The notes beneath the pieces are model-generated. The model had not been told where the DNA came from. It searched no databases and worked only from the letters and a program-made list of their open reading frames with translations. Shown piece after piece: positions 56,339-64,000 of a DNA stretch of 64,000 nt (the stretch's first letter is position 1; each line of letters opens with the position of its first letter). Source of the stretch: Candidatus Cloacimonadales bacterium (GTDB lineage: Bacteria > Cloacimonadota > Cloacimonadia > Cloacimonadales > JAFGVF01); assembly GCA_963677815.1 (NCBI GenBank), contig OY782499.1, positions 54,828 to 118,827 of the forward strand. The letters are read 5' to 3'. A program made the position numbers and the translations under genes.

Positions 56339-56372
56339 GTACAAACTGTAAATGGATCAATAAGAAAAAAAT

Positions 56373-56410
56373 ATCAGAAAACAAAAGCCCCTCAGAAATT
56401 AGGGGCTTTT
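56373..56410 (-). terminator. Intrinsic terminator after pruA
   Basis: AAAAGCCCCT/AGGGGCTTTT 10-bp stem followed by TTTTGTTTT on the minus strand. Confidence 0.75.
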
Positions 56411-56455
56411 GTCAAAAGTTTAAGGCTGATTACTCAGCCTCAATTTATAATTGAT

Positions 56456-58075
56456 TTATCCTAAGAAAGGATATCTATAATCAGTTGGTGGGTTGAAGGT
56501 TTCTTTGATTGTTCTAACAGCAGTCCAACGGATAAGATTCCACATTGAACCTGCTTTGTCATTGGTACCAGAAGCTCTTGAACCACCAAATGGTTGTTGA
56601 CCAACAACAGCACCAGTTGGTTTATCATTGATATAGAAGTTACCAGCAGCGTGAACTAAGGCTTTTGTACCTACTTCGATAGCATATCTATCTTGAGCCC
56701 AAAGAGCACCAGTAAGAGCATAAACAGAAGTTCTGTCACAAAGTTCTAAGGTTTCTTCATATTTATCATCTTCGTAAACATAAACTGTTAAAACAGGTCC
56801 GAAGATTTCTTCTTCCATAGATTTGAAGTGAGGATTAGTAGTTTTAATGATAGTTGGTTGGATAAAGTAACCTTCTGTTTTATCATATTCACCACCAGCA
56901 ACAACTTCGGCATCATTAGCATTCTTAGCAAATTCGATGTATTCTTTAGTAATTTTATCAAAAGCTCTTTCATCAATAACAGCATTAATGAAGTTTGTGA
57001 AATCTTTAACAGAACCCATTTTAATTGTACTAAGATCTCTTTTACATCTTTCAATCCAGCCATCATATAATGATTCAGGAATATAGATTCTTGAAAGAGC
57101 TGAGCATTTTTGACCTTGATATTCAAAAGCACCTCTAATTGAAGCTGTAGCTAAAGCATCAACATCTGCTGATTTATGAGCAACAATGAAGTCTTTTCCA
57201 CCAGTTTCACCTACGATTCTTGGATAAGTTTTGTAAGTATGAATGTTATTACCAATAGTTTTCCAGATATTTTGGAATACACCAGTAGAACCTGTGAAGT
57301 GAACACCACTTAATTCAGGATGTTTAATCACAGAATCACCAACATCTGCACCACGACCTGGGATGAAGTTGATAACACCATCAGGTAAACCAGCTTCTTG
57401 TAATATTTTCATAATTATATAATTTGAGAAAACAGACGTTGAAGCAGGTTTCCAAACAGAAACACAACCCATCATAGCAGGTGAAGTAGGTAAGTTACCG
57501 CCGATTGCAGTGAAATTAAATGGAGAAATAGCAAAAACAAAACCTTCTAAACCACGGTATTCAAGTTGATTCCAAGTACCAACTGGAGAAGTAAGTTTTT
57601 GGCCTTCATAAATCTCTTCCATGAATTTAGCGTTAAATCTAAAGAAATCTACTAATTCACAAACAGAATCAATTTCTGATTGGAAAGCATTTTTAGATTG
57701 ATTAAGCATAGTAGCTGCATTAACTTTAGCTCTATATTTTCCAGAAATAAGTTCAGCAGCTTTTAAGAAGACAGCAGCTCTAGCTTGGTATGGTGTAGCA
57801 GCCCATTTTTTACGAGCAGCAAGAGCAGCTTCGATAGCCATATTAACTTCTTTTTCAGTTGCTTGGTGGAAGTTGGCTAATACGTTTTTATGATTATGAG
57901 GTTCAACAGCTTTAGCCATTTTACCAGTTTTTACTTCTTTTCCGCCTATAATTAAAGGTATTTCGATTGTTTCATTAGACATTCTCTCTAATTCTGCTTG
58001 TAAAGCCTTTCTTTCTGGTGTACCAGGTGCATAAGAAAGAATAGGTTCATTTTTTGGCATAGGTATAATTCCCAT
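56456..58075 (-). CDS. pruA: L-glutamate gamma-semialdehyde (1-pyrroline-5-carboxylate) dehydrogenase
   Basis: ALDH family, ~540 aa. VGETGGKD (catalytic Glu) and FEYQGQKCSA (catalytic Cys). Confidence 0.85.
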   Translation of the reverse strand: MGIIPMPKNEPILSYAPGTPERKALQAELERMSNETIEIPLIIGGKEVKTGKMAKAVEPHNHKNVLANFHQATEKEVNMAIEAALAARKKWAATPYQARAAVFLKAAELISGKYRAKVNAATMLNQSKNAFQSEIDSVCELVDFFRFNAKFMEEIYEGQKLTSPVGTWNQLEYRGLEGFVFAISPFNFTAIGGNLPTSPAMMGCVSVWKPASTSVFSNYIIMKILQEAGLPDGVINFIPGRGADVGDSVIKHPELSGVHFTGSTGVFQNIWKTIGNNIHTYKTYPRIVGETGGKDFIVAHKSADVDALATASIRGAFEYQGQKCSALSRIYIPESLYDGWIERCKRDLSTIKMGSVKDFTNFINAVIDERAFDKITKEYIEFAKNANDAEVVAGGEYDKTEGYFIQPTIIKTTNPHFKSMEEEIFGPVLTVYVYEDDKYEETLELCDRTSVYALTGALWAQDRYAIEVGTKALVHAAGNFYINDKPTGAVVGQQPFGGSRASGTNDKAGSMWNLIRWTAVRTIKETFNPPTDYRYPFLG

Positions 58076-58207
58076 TTCTTAACTCCTTTTACGAATATTA
58101 TTGTTAGTTAAAACAAAAACATAGAAGTTTAAAATATATGTCAATGATTATTATAAAAAAAGATGATTATGAATTATCAATATATAAAATGTAAAATTAC
58201 AAGCCTA

Positions 58208-59866
58208 TTATGCCGTTACCTTTAGCAGATCTTTAGCTCTTTCTAGAGAAGAATCAATATCTTGATGGATATTTTTATCACCAATTAATTCATAGAGTCC
58301 ATAGTTCTTTAAGGCTTTCATTGGTTGAGGATTAACTCCTGAAAGTAACAAAATAATCTTATCATGTTTAGAATCTAGATAAAGATTTCTCAAGGAGTTA
58401 AGTCCTGTTGCATCAATAATAGGAACGCTTCTCATTCTTATAATCCTAATTTTAGGAGGTGATTCTAACATTCTGATAGAATCTTTAAATTTAGAAGCTG
58501 CTCCAAAGAAGAAAGGACCTGCAACTTCATAAACTTCAACACTCTCAGGAACGTCTTTCATTTTGATGCTATTTGGGTCATCTTCATCTGTTTTATCTTG
58601 AAATGAATTTGTAATGAAATCAACATTGCTAACTGTTGCCATTCTCTTCATAAATAGGAACATAGCCAAAACTAATCCAACTTCAATAGCAATAGTTAAA
58701 TCAAAGAATACAGTTAATAAAAAAGTTGTTACAAGAATTATAATGTCACTTTTTGGAGCTTTTAACAATTGCCTAAAGATATGGTGTTCACTCATATTAT
58801 AAGCAACCATAATCAGAATAGCTGCCAGAGTGGGCATGGGAATAAGTTTTGCCCAAGGACCTAACAGAAGCATTATCAAGAGAAGAGTCAAAGCATGGAC
58901 AATACCAGCAATAGGACTTCTCCCTCCATTCTTTATATTAGTTGCAGTTCGAGCTATTGCACCAGTTACAGGAATTCCCCCAAACAAAGGGGAAGCAATG
59001 TTTGCTATTCCCTGCCCTATTAGCTCGGTATTTGACTTATGCTTTTCGCCTATCATACCATCAGCAACAACTGCAGAGAGCAGAGCTTCTATAGCAGCTA
59101 ACATAGCAATAGTAAAGGCTGGAGGAAGCATACTTTTGATTAATTCAAATGAGATATGAGGAAATTGTGGTTTTGGTAAAGAAGAAGGAATTGAGCCGAA
59201 ATGACTTTCAATAGTTGGAATATTCAAATTGAAAATACTTACCAAAAGTGTTGAGACTAGGATAGCTATGATTGAACCAGGTAATTTTCGATTAATTTTA
59301 GGCCAGTAAATAATTATCAATAAAGACATTAATCCAATGAGAAAAGCTTGCCAATTTATAGTATGCAGGTTCAAGAAGTAGGTCTGCCATTTACCAATGA
59401 AGTCACCTGGAACTTTATTTATCGAAAGGCCAAGAAAGTCCTTTATCTGTGTAGAGAAAATTACTACTGCAATACCAGAAGTAAAACCAACAACTACTGG
59501 ATAAGGTATAAATTTTATTAGAGAACCAAACTTGGCAACCCCCATTATAATTAAGAAAATGCCTGCCAGCATGGTAGCAACCATTAAACCATCGACACCA
59601 AATTGTTCGATTATTCCATAAATTATAATGATAAAAGCTCCTGTTGGCCCACCAATTTGAACAGAAGAACCTCCTAAGAAAGATACTAGAAATCCACCGA
59701 TTACAGCAGTGATAAGTCCTTTTTCTGGAGTAACTCCGGAAGCTATACCAAAAGCTATGCCTAAGGGTAATGCTACTATGCCGACTAGGATACCAGCTAT
59801 TATATCGTTCATTAACTGTTTTTTAGTTAATTTGGGTATCATTTCAAATAATTTGGGATTAAACAA
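58208..59866 (-). CDS. SulP-family anion transporter with a C-terminal STAS domain
   Basis: Polytopic SulP core followed by a STAS module ([16 protein letters not shown]). Confidence 0.9.
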   Translation of the reverse strand: MFNPKLFEMIPKLTKKQLMNDIIAGILVGIVALPLGIAFGIASGVTPEKGLITAVIGGFLVSFLGGSSVQIGGPTGAFIIIIYGIIEQFGVDGLMVATMLAGIFLIIMGVAKFGSLIKFIPYPVVVGFTSGIAVVIFSTQIKDFLGLSINKVPGDFIGKWQTYFLNLHTINWQAFLIGLMSLLIIIYWPKINRKLPGSIIAILVSTLLVSIFNLNIPTIESHFGSIPSSLPKPQFPHISFELIKSMLPPAFTIAMLAAIEALLSAVVADGMIGEKHKSNTELIGQGIANIASPLFGGIPVTGAIARTATNIKNGGRSPIAGIVHALTLLLIMLLLGPWAKLIPMPTLAAILIMVAYNMSEHHIFRQLLKAPKSDIIILVTTFLLTVFFDLTIAIEVGLVLAMFLFMKRMATVSNVDFITNSFQDKTDEDDPNSIKMKDVPESVEVYEVAGPFFFGAASKFKDSIRMLESPPKIRIIRMRSVPIIDATGLNSLRNLYLDSKHDKIILLLSGVNPQPMKALKNYGLYELIGDKNIHQDIDSSLERAKDLLKVTA

Positions 59867-59971
59867 GTCTTAGCTCCTTCAATGTGTAATTCTACACAGT
59901 ATTTATGTTTTATGCGTCGGAATATTTTATTCAAAATGTTTGTCAATGTAAATCGAAAAATTTCCTCTAAA

Positions 59972-60006
59972 GATAAACAAAAATGAGGAATGACTAGTCA
60001 TTCCTC
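59972..60006 (-). terminator. Intrinsic terminator after iorB
   Basis: GAGGAATGA/TCATTCCTC stem with a CTAG loop, followed by ATTTTTGTTT on the minus strand. Confidence 0.7.
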
Positions 60007-60027
60007 TTATTGTATATTAAGCAAAAT

Positions 60028-60597
60028 TTATTGGTCGAATACTTTTAGATTATCTTCCAAAAGCTGACCTTTTAATAAGTCCTTTATCGCTTGTAGATAA
60101 TTTTCCTTAGAAATACCTGGAATTAGATTATGTTTAGCAATATAGCCTAATACGACTACATTCTGCATTTTAGCATTGCCTAAATCCTCTTTAAATACTC
60201 TATGATAGGCAATATTTCTTCTCTTACATTCGCCTTCAATTGTTTCTGTTTCAGTTTCTTGAGCCTGTCTCATTCTAACATCCAAAGGTTGCCAAACCGC
60301 ATCATAGAAAACCAAGTCTCCCCCCTTCTTCAAGTGAGAATTCATACCTCTAAGAGCTTCATGTCTCTCTAAGGCAATTACAATATCAGCTTGTCCTAAA
60401 GGAATTAGAGGAGAATAAGCATTAGAGCCTAATCTTATCTGAGAGGTAACTGTTCCACCTCTTTGAGCTAGACCATGAGTATCTACGCCTTTAGCAGGTA
60501 ATTTAGCATAGTAAGCAGCTCTGATAACAGCTTCTGAAAGAAGGCCAATACCTTGCCCACCAACACCAATTATGAATATATTGAAATTATTAGACAT
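60028..60597 (-). CDS. iorB: Indolepyruvate:ferredoxin oxidoreductase subunit beta
   Basis: GVGGQGIG motif; 189 aa. Its start overlaps the iorA stop. Confidence 0.85.
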   Translation of the reverse strand: MSNNFNIFIIGVGGQGIGLLSEAVIRAAYYAKLPAKGVDTHGLAQRGGTVTSQIRLGSNAYSPLIPLGQADIVIALERHEALRGMNSHLKKGGDLVFYDAVWQPLDVRMRQAQETETETIEGECKRRNIAYHRVFKEDLGNAKMQNVVVLGYIAKHNLIPGISKENYLQAIKDLLKGQLLEDNLKVFDQ

Positions 60598-62480
60598 TAC
60601 TTTTCCTCCTTTGATTTAGATTCAATAGCTTGACTAGGGCATGTTTGTTTACATGAACCATCTCCAATACACAAATCCTCTTGTACCCAAACAGAGCCAT
60701 CTGGGTTTATTTGATAAGAAGGACAGGCAAATTCTGATATACATTCATAAGTCCTATTACACTTAGCAGTAACTTTAACTTTTGGAGGATTACCTACTTT
60801 CTTTTTAGCAAGTTCTCTGGTGAATTTAAGCATACATGGATGTTTAGCTATCACCACATTAAAGCCATCTTCTGCAAGAGCTTCCTTAACAGCCTGAGTA
60901 AGCTTAGCTTGTTGATAAGTATCAACACTTCTGATATTTGCTACACCCATTCCTTTAAGCATATTCATAACTGGGATTTTCTCAGAAACTTCATTAAAAT
61001 TCTTGCCTACTGCTGGATGGTCTTGATGACCTGTCATTGCAGTAGTACCATTTTCCATAATAATTAACGTATGATTATGATTATTAAAAATAGCATTTAT
61101 TATGCCTGGAAGGCCTGCATGGAAGAAAGTCGAATCACCTATGAAGGAAACAACCTTTCTCTTTTTGTTAAAGAGGGATAATCCAGCAGCAGTTCCATTG
61201 GAATGCCCCATACTTAAGAGAGCCTGCCCCATTCTATATGGAGGAAGAAAGCCTAAAGAATGACAACCAATATCAGCAACAGTTATGTCATCTTTGGATA
61301 AAGCCTTTTTAATGGCATGAAAAGCTGACCTGTGCCCACATCCAGGACACATTTGTGCAGGACGAGGATTTAGTTTTGGCTTCTCTGTATCTTCAGGCTC
61401 TTCAGGTGTGAAAAGTGAATTCCACTGCTTTCTCAAAACTTCTTTCACTTTATCAGGAGTATATTCATTTTCCCAGTCTAATAGATCACCTTTTCCAGTA
61501 ATTTTAACATCAATATTATGATCAAAAGCAAGCATCTTGATATCTCTTTCAACTACATCATCCAGCTCTTCTAGTACTTTGACTTCTTTGTGTTTTTTCA
61601 AGAAATCAATAATCTTCTCTTTAGCTAAAGGATAAACAATCCCGAGTTTTAGAATATCTGGCTTTACCCTCATTTCTTGCATAACATCAAGTAGAGAATA
61701 ATAAGGAAGTCCCATAGTTATAATGCCAATATTCTCATTATTGTTATCATTAAGGAAATTCAAATCTGACTTATCTGCATAATGACTAAATTCTTCTAAT
61801 TTTTTGAGAGCCTTTCGTTTCAAAGGAAAAACAGTCGTTGTAATAGGTATGTAAGGTCCATTTTCAACATCAAATTTTGGACTTGGGTCAAATTCTTCTT
61901 TTTCCCAAGCATCGAATTCAATCAGTTCTTTATAATGACATACATGTGTTGTCAATCTCAAAAAGACAGGCATTTGTCTTTCCTTAGAAACCTTAGCTGC
62001 TTCTTTGAACATCTGATAAGCTTCTGTTGGAGTTGAAGGTTCATAAATAGGAATATAAGACATTTTAGCAAAATGGCGATTATCTTGTTCATTCTGAGAA
62101 GAATTAGCGCCTGGGTCATCTCCAAGAATAATCACCATACCACCTATTAATTCCATTAATCCTAATTGGACTAGAGAATCAGCAGCAACATTAAGTCCAA
62201 CACTCTTGAAGAAGACACAGGAGAGGTGTCCATTAATAGAAGCTCCAAAAGCTACTTCAGTTGCTACTTTTTCATTAACAGAGAATTCGAAGTAAAAGGG
62301 TCTGTCCTCTTTAGGTATCTGAGCAATAGCAGTTGCTATTTCTGGGGTAGGAGAACCTGGGTAAGAAGTAACAACTCTAACATTTGCTTCGATCATAGCT
62401 CTAACTAAACCCCAATTACCCATCATAATTTCATGCGTTTTGTCTTTGGAAAGTAAAATTTCAGGTAGTCTTTTCATCAA
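60597..62480 (-). CDS. iorA: Indolepyruvate:ferredoxin oxidoreductase subunit alpha
   Basis: TPP-binding GDSTFFH...NGTTAMTG. C-terminal 2x[4Fe-4S]-like cysteines (CPSY...CIGDGSCKQTCP). Confidence 0.9.
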   Translation of the reverse strand: MMKRLPEILLSKDKTHEIMMGNWGLVRAMIEANVRVVTSYPGSPTPEIATAIAQIPKEDRPFYFEFSVNEKVATEVAFGASINGHLSCVFFKSVGLNVAADSLVQLGLMELIGGMVIILGDDPGANSSQNEQDNRHFAKMSYIPIYEPSTPTEAYQMFKEAAKVSKERQMPVFLRLTTHVCHYKELIEFDAWEKEEFDPSPKFDVENGPYIPITTTVFPLKRKALKKLEEFSHYADKSDLNFLNDNNNENIGIITMGLPYYSLLDVMQEMRVKPDILKLGIVYPLAKEKIIDFLKKHKEVKVLEELDDVVERDIKMLAFDHNIDVKITGKGDLLDWENEYTPDKVKEVLRKQWNSLFTPEEPEDTEKPKLNPRPAQMCPGCGHRSAFHAIKKALSKDDITVADIGCHSLGFLPPYRMGQALLSMGHSNGTAAGLSLFNKKRKVVSFIGDSTFFHAGLPGIINAIFNNHNHTLIIMENGTTAMTGHQDHPAVGKNFNEVSEKIPVMNMLKGMGVANIRSVDTYQQAKLTQAVKEALAEDGFNVVIAKHPCMLKFTRELAKKKVGNPPKVKVTAKCNRTYECISEFACPSYQINPDGSVWVQEDLCIGDGSCKQTCPSQAIESKSKEEK

Positions 62481-62739
62481 ATCTCCTTATATAATTAATT
62501 TTTATATGTATAACGACACTTATAAATAGAAGTTAATGGATTTTAGAATAATTACAAAAAATAATTTAAATAATTAATAATATGTTAAACATATTAGGCA
62601 TTTAAGATAATATTTAACAAATTATATTTTTCTTCAATATGAAGACTATTTCATATTTATTTACAATTTTTCTCACTCAATACTATTATTCACTTGGAAT
62701 TTGATTAATTTCACTTATATTTATATAATAGGAGTAATT

Positions 62740-63690
62740 ATGACAAATATCAAACCAAGATTAGTCTTGAGTAAATGTGTAAACTTTGCTGCATGCCGTT
62801 ATAATGGACTTATGATTAATTCTGTAATAGTAGAAAAGCTTAAAGATTATGTTGAATTTATTACAGTTTGTCCTGAAGTTGAGATAGGCTTGCCAATCCC
62901 AAGAGAATCTATTAGATTAATGAAACAAGGCGATGATATTAGATTGGTGAAATCAATGTCTGGAGAAGACTTCACAGATAAAATGCTTTCTTTTTCTAAG
63001 AATTTTGTAGGTAATTTAGAAAATATTGATGGTTTTGTTCTCAAAAGTAGATCACCTTCCTGTGGTATGAAAGATGTAAAATTATATTCTGGTATTGGCA
63101 AAATCCCTGCTATATCAACTAAAAGCGTCGGTTTGTTTGCTCAAGAAGTTATTGATAAATACAATCATTTGGCAATAGAAGATGAAGGAAGACTTACAAA
63201 CCTTCAACTGAGAGAACATTTCTTAACTAAAATTTATACTTTTGCTGAATTTAGGAATTTACCTAGGACTATGAAAGCTTTAGTAGATTTCCATGCATCT
63301 AATAAATATTTATTCATGGCTTATAATCAGTCTAAATTAAGAGAAGCTGGTAAAATAGTAGCTAATCATGAGAAACTAACTGTTGACCAAGTATTTGCTA
63401 ATTATCAAGATAAACTATATCAAATCTTCCAGAAAGGAGCTAACATCGCCACTAATATCAATGTATTAATGCATATTTTTGGATATTTTTCTAAAGATTT
63501 AAATAGTGATGAAAAGGCACATTTTTTAGAACAGTTAGATTTATATAGACAAAAGAAGATACCTTTAATAGTTGTTATAACAATATTAAATTCTTGGCTA
63601 ATGAGATTTAAAAATGATTATCTTTCACAGCAAAGATATTTTAATCCTTTTCCTAAGGAACTAATGTCTATAAGTGATTCTGGTAAATGA
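62740..63690 (+). CDS. DUF523 (YbbK/TudS-like) plus DUF1722 fusion protein
   Basis: Start at the ATG at 62740 after GGAG. N-terminal SKCVNFAACRYNG and CPEVEIGLP; C-terminal DUF1722-like helical half. Confidence 0.75.
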   Translation: MTNIKPRLVLSKCVNFAACRYNGLMINSVIVEKLKDYVEFITVCPEVEIGLPIPRESIRLMKQGDDIRLVKSMSGEDFTDKMLSFSKNFVGNLENIDGFVLKSRSPSCGMKDVKLYSGIGKIPAISTKSVGLFAQEVIDKYNHLAIEDEGRLTNLQLREHFLTKIYTFAEFRNLPRTMKALVDFHASNKYLFMAYNQSKLREAGKIVANHEKLTVDQVFANYQDKLYQIFQKGANIATNINVLMHIFGYFSKDLNSDEKAHFLEQLDLYRQKKIPLIVVITILNSWLMRFKNDYLSQQRYFNPFPKELMSISDSGK

Positions 63691-63736
63691 AGAGATTAAT
63701 GCTAAATTAAAAGCTTAAGAAAAACAAGGAAAAATC

Positions 63737-64000
63737 ATGAAAAAGAGAATTTCAATTTTTATGTTTATAGATGCTTTTGGCTGGGAGATTCAAAAGAAGT
63801 ATAACTTTTTGGAAGATTTACTCCCTCATAGATATCCAGCCCAAATGCAATTTGGTTACTCTTGCACAGCAATTCCGACTATTTTAACAGGAAAGAAGCC
63901 AACCGAACATAAACATCTAACTTTTTATTACTATAATCCTGAAGAAAGCCCTTTTAAAGCCTTTAAATATCTTAAATTTCTCCCAAAATCTATCTTTGAT
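63737..64000 (+). CDS. Alkaline-phosphatase-superfamily protein (nucleotide pyrophosphatase/phosphodiesterase-like); 3' end lies outside the window
   Basis: Hand translation gives MKKRISIFMFIDAFGWE...GYSCTAIPTILTGKKPTEHKH (metal Asp and nucleophile Thr contexts). Frame is open to the window end. Confidence 0.5.
   Translation, partial: MKKRISIFMFIDAFGWEIQKKYNFLEDLLPHRYPAQMQFGYSCTAIPTILTGKKPTEHKHLTFYYYNPEESPFKAFKYLKFLPKSIFD

Overview
This is an AT-rich bacterial chromosomal window with about 61 protein genes (two cut by the window edges), two identical tandem tRNA-Phe genes and one transposase pseudogene. I found no rRNA, CRISPR array, prophage or recognisable defence cassette.

All protein calls come from motif recognition in the supplied translations. 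No database search was run, and coordinates of non-ORF features were counted by hand, so they may be off by 1-2 nt.

Gene content suggests an anaerobic amino-acid fermenter of the FCB group, most like Cloacimonadota (Ca. Cloacimonas-like). That assignment is inference. The supporting genes are:
- a kce / class-III aminotransferase / thiolase lysine-fermentation module
- HydG plus a TM1266-type regulator
- indolepyruvate:ferredoxin oxidoreductase IorAB
- P5C dehydrogenase
- seven secreted proteins sharing one T9SS-type C-terminal sorting domain

A co-directional housekeeping string runs on the minus strand: rpmH-rnpA-yidD-yidC-jag-MBL hydrolase-ABC binding protein/permease-GNAT-malQ.

The most unusual signal is in the non-coding DNA rather than in any gene cassette. 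About ten intergenic gaps of 0.3-1.4 kb are filled with mosaic repeats:
- A 186-216 bp MITE-like element occurs in three copies. Each has its own 5-bp target-site duplication, and internal stem-loop modules are swapped between copies.
- A 467-bp foldback MITE has 25-bp perfect terminal inverted repeats and an 8-bp duplication.
- A conserved ~60-nt hairpin occurs in three copies.
- A 52-53 bp tandem repeat looks superficially like CRISPR but is not.
- A decayed IS1182/IS5-like transposase fragment lies at 55422-55753.
- One repeat block has replaced the last codons of a T9SS cargo gene.

Other leads:
- a perfect PerR-type box over the peroxiredoxin promoter
- a terminator-like hairpin abutting the start codon of the hydrogenase-maturation operon
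- three tandem secreted paralogs with patchy hypervariable segments
- a 12-repeat D-x-x-G-N-D-x-Y solenoid/HEAT protein beside an ECF sigma operon
- a porin / secreted protein / FMN-binding-domain operon

No single complete novel system can be demonstrated from sequence alone.
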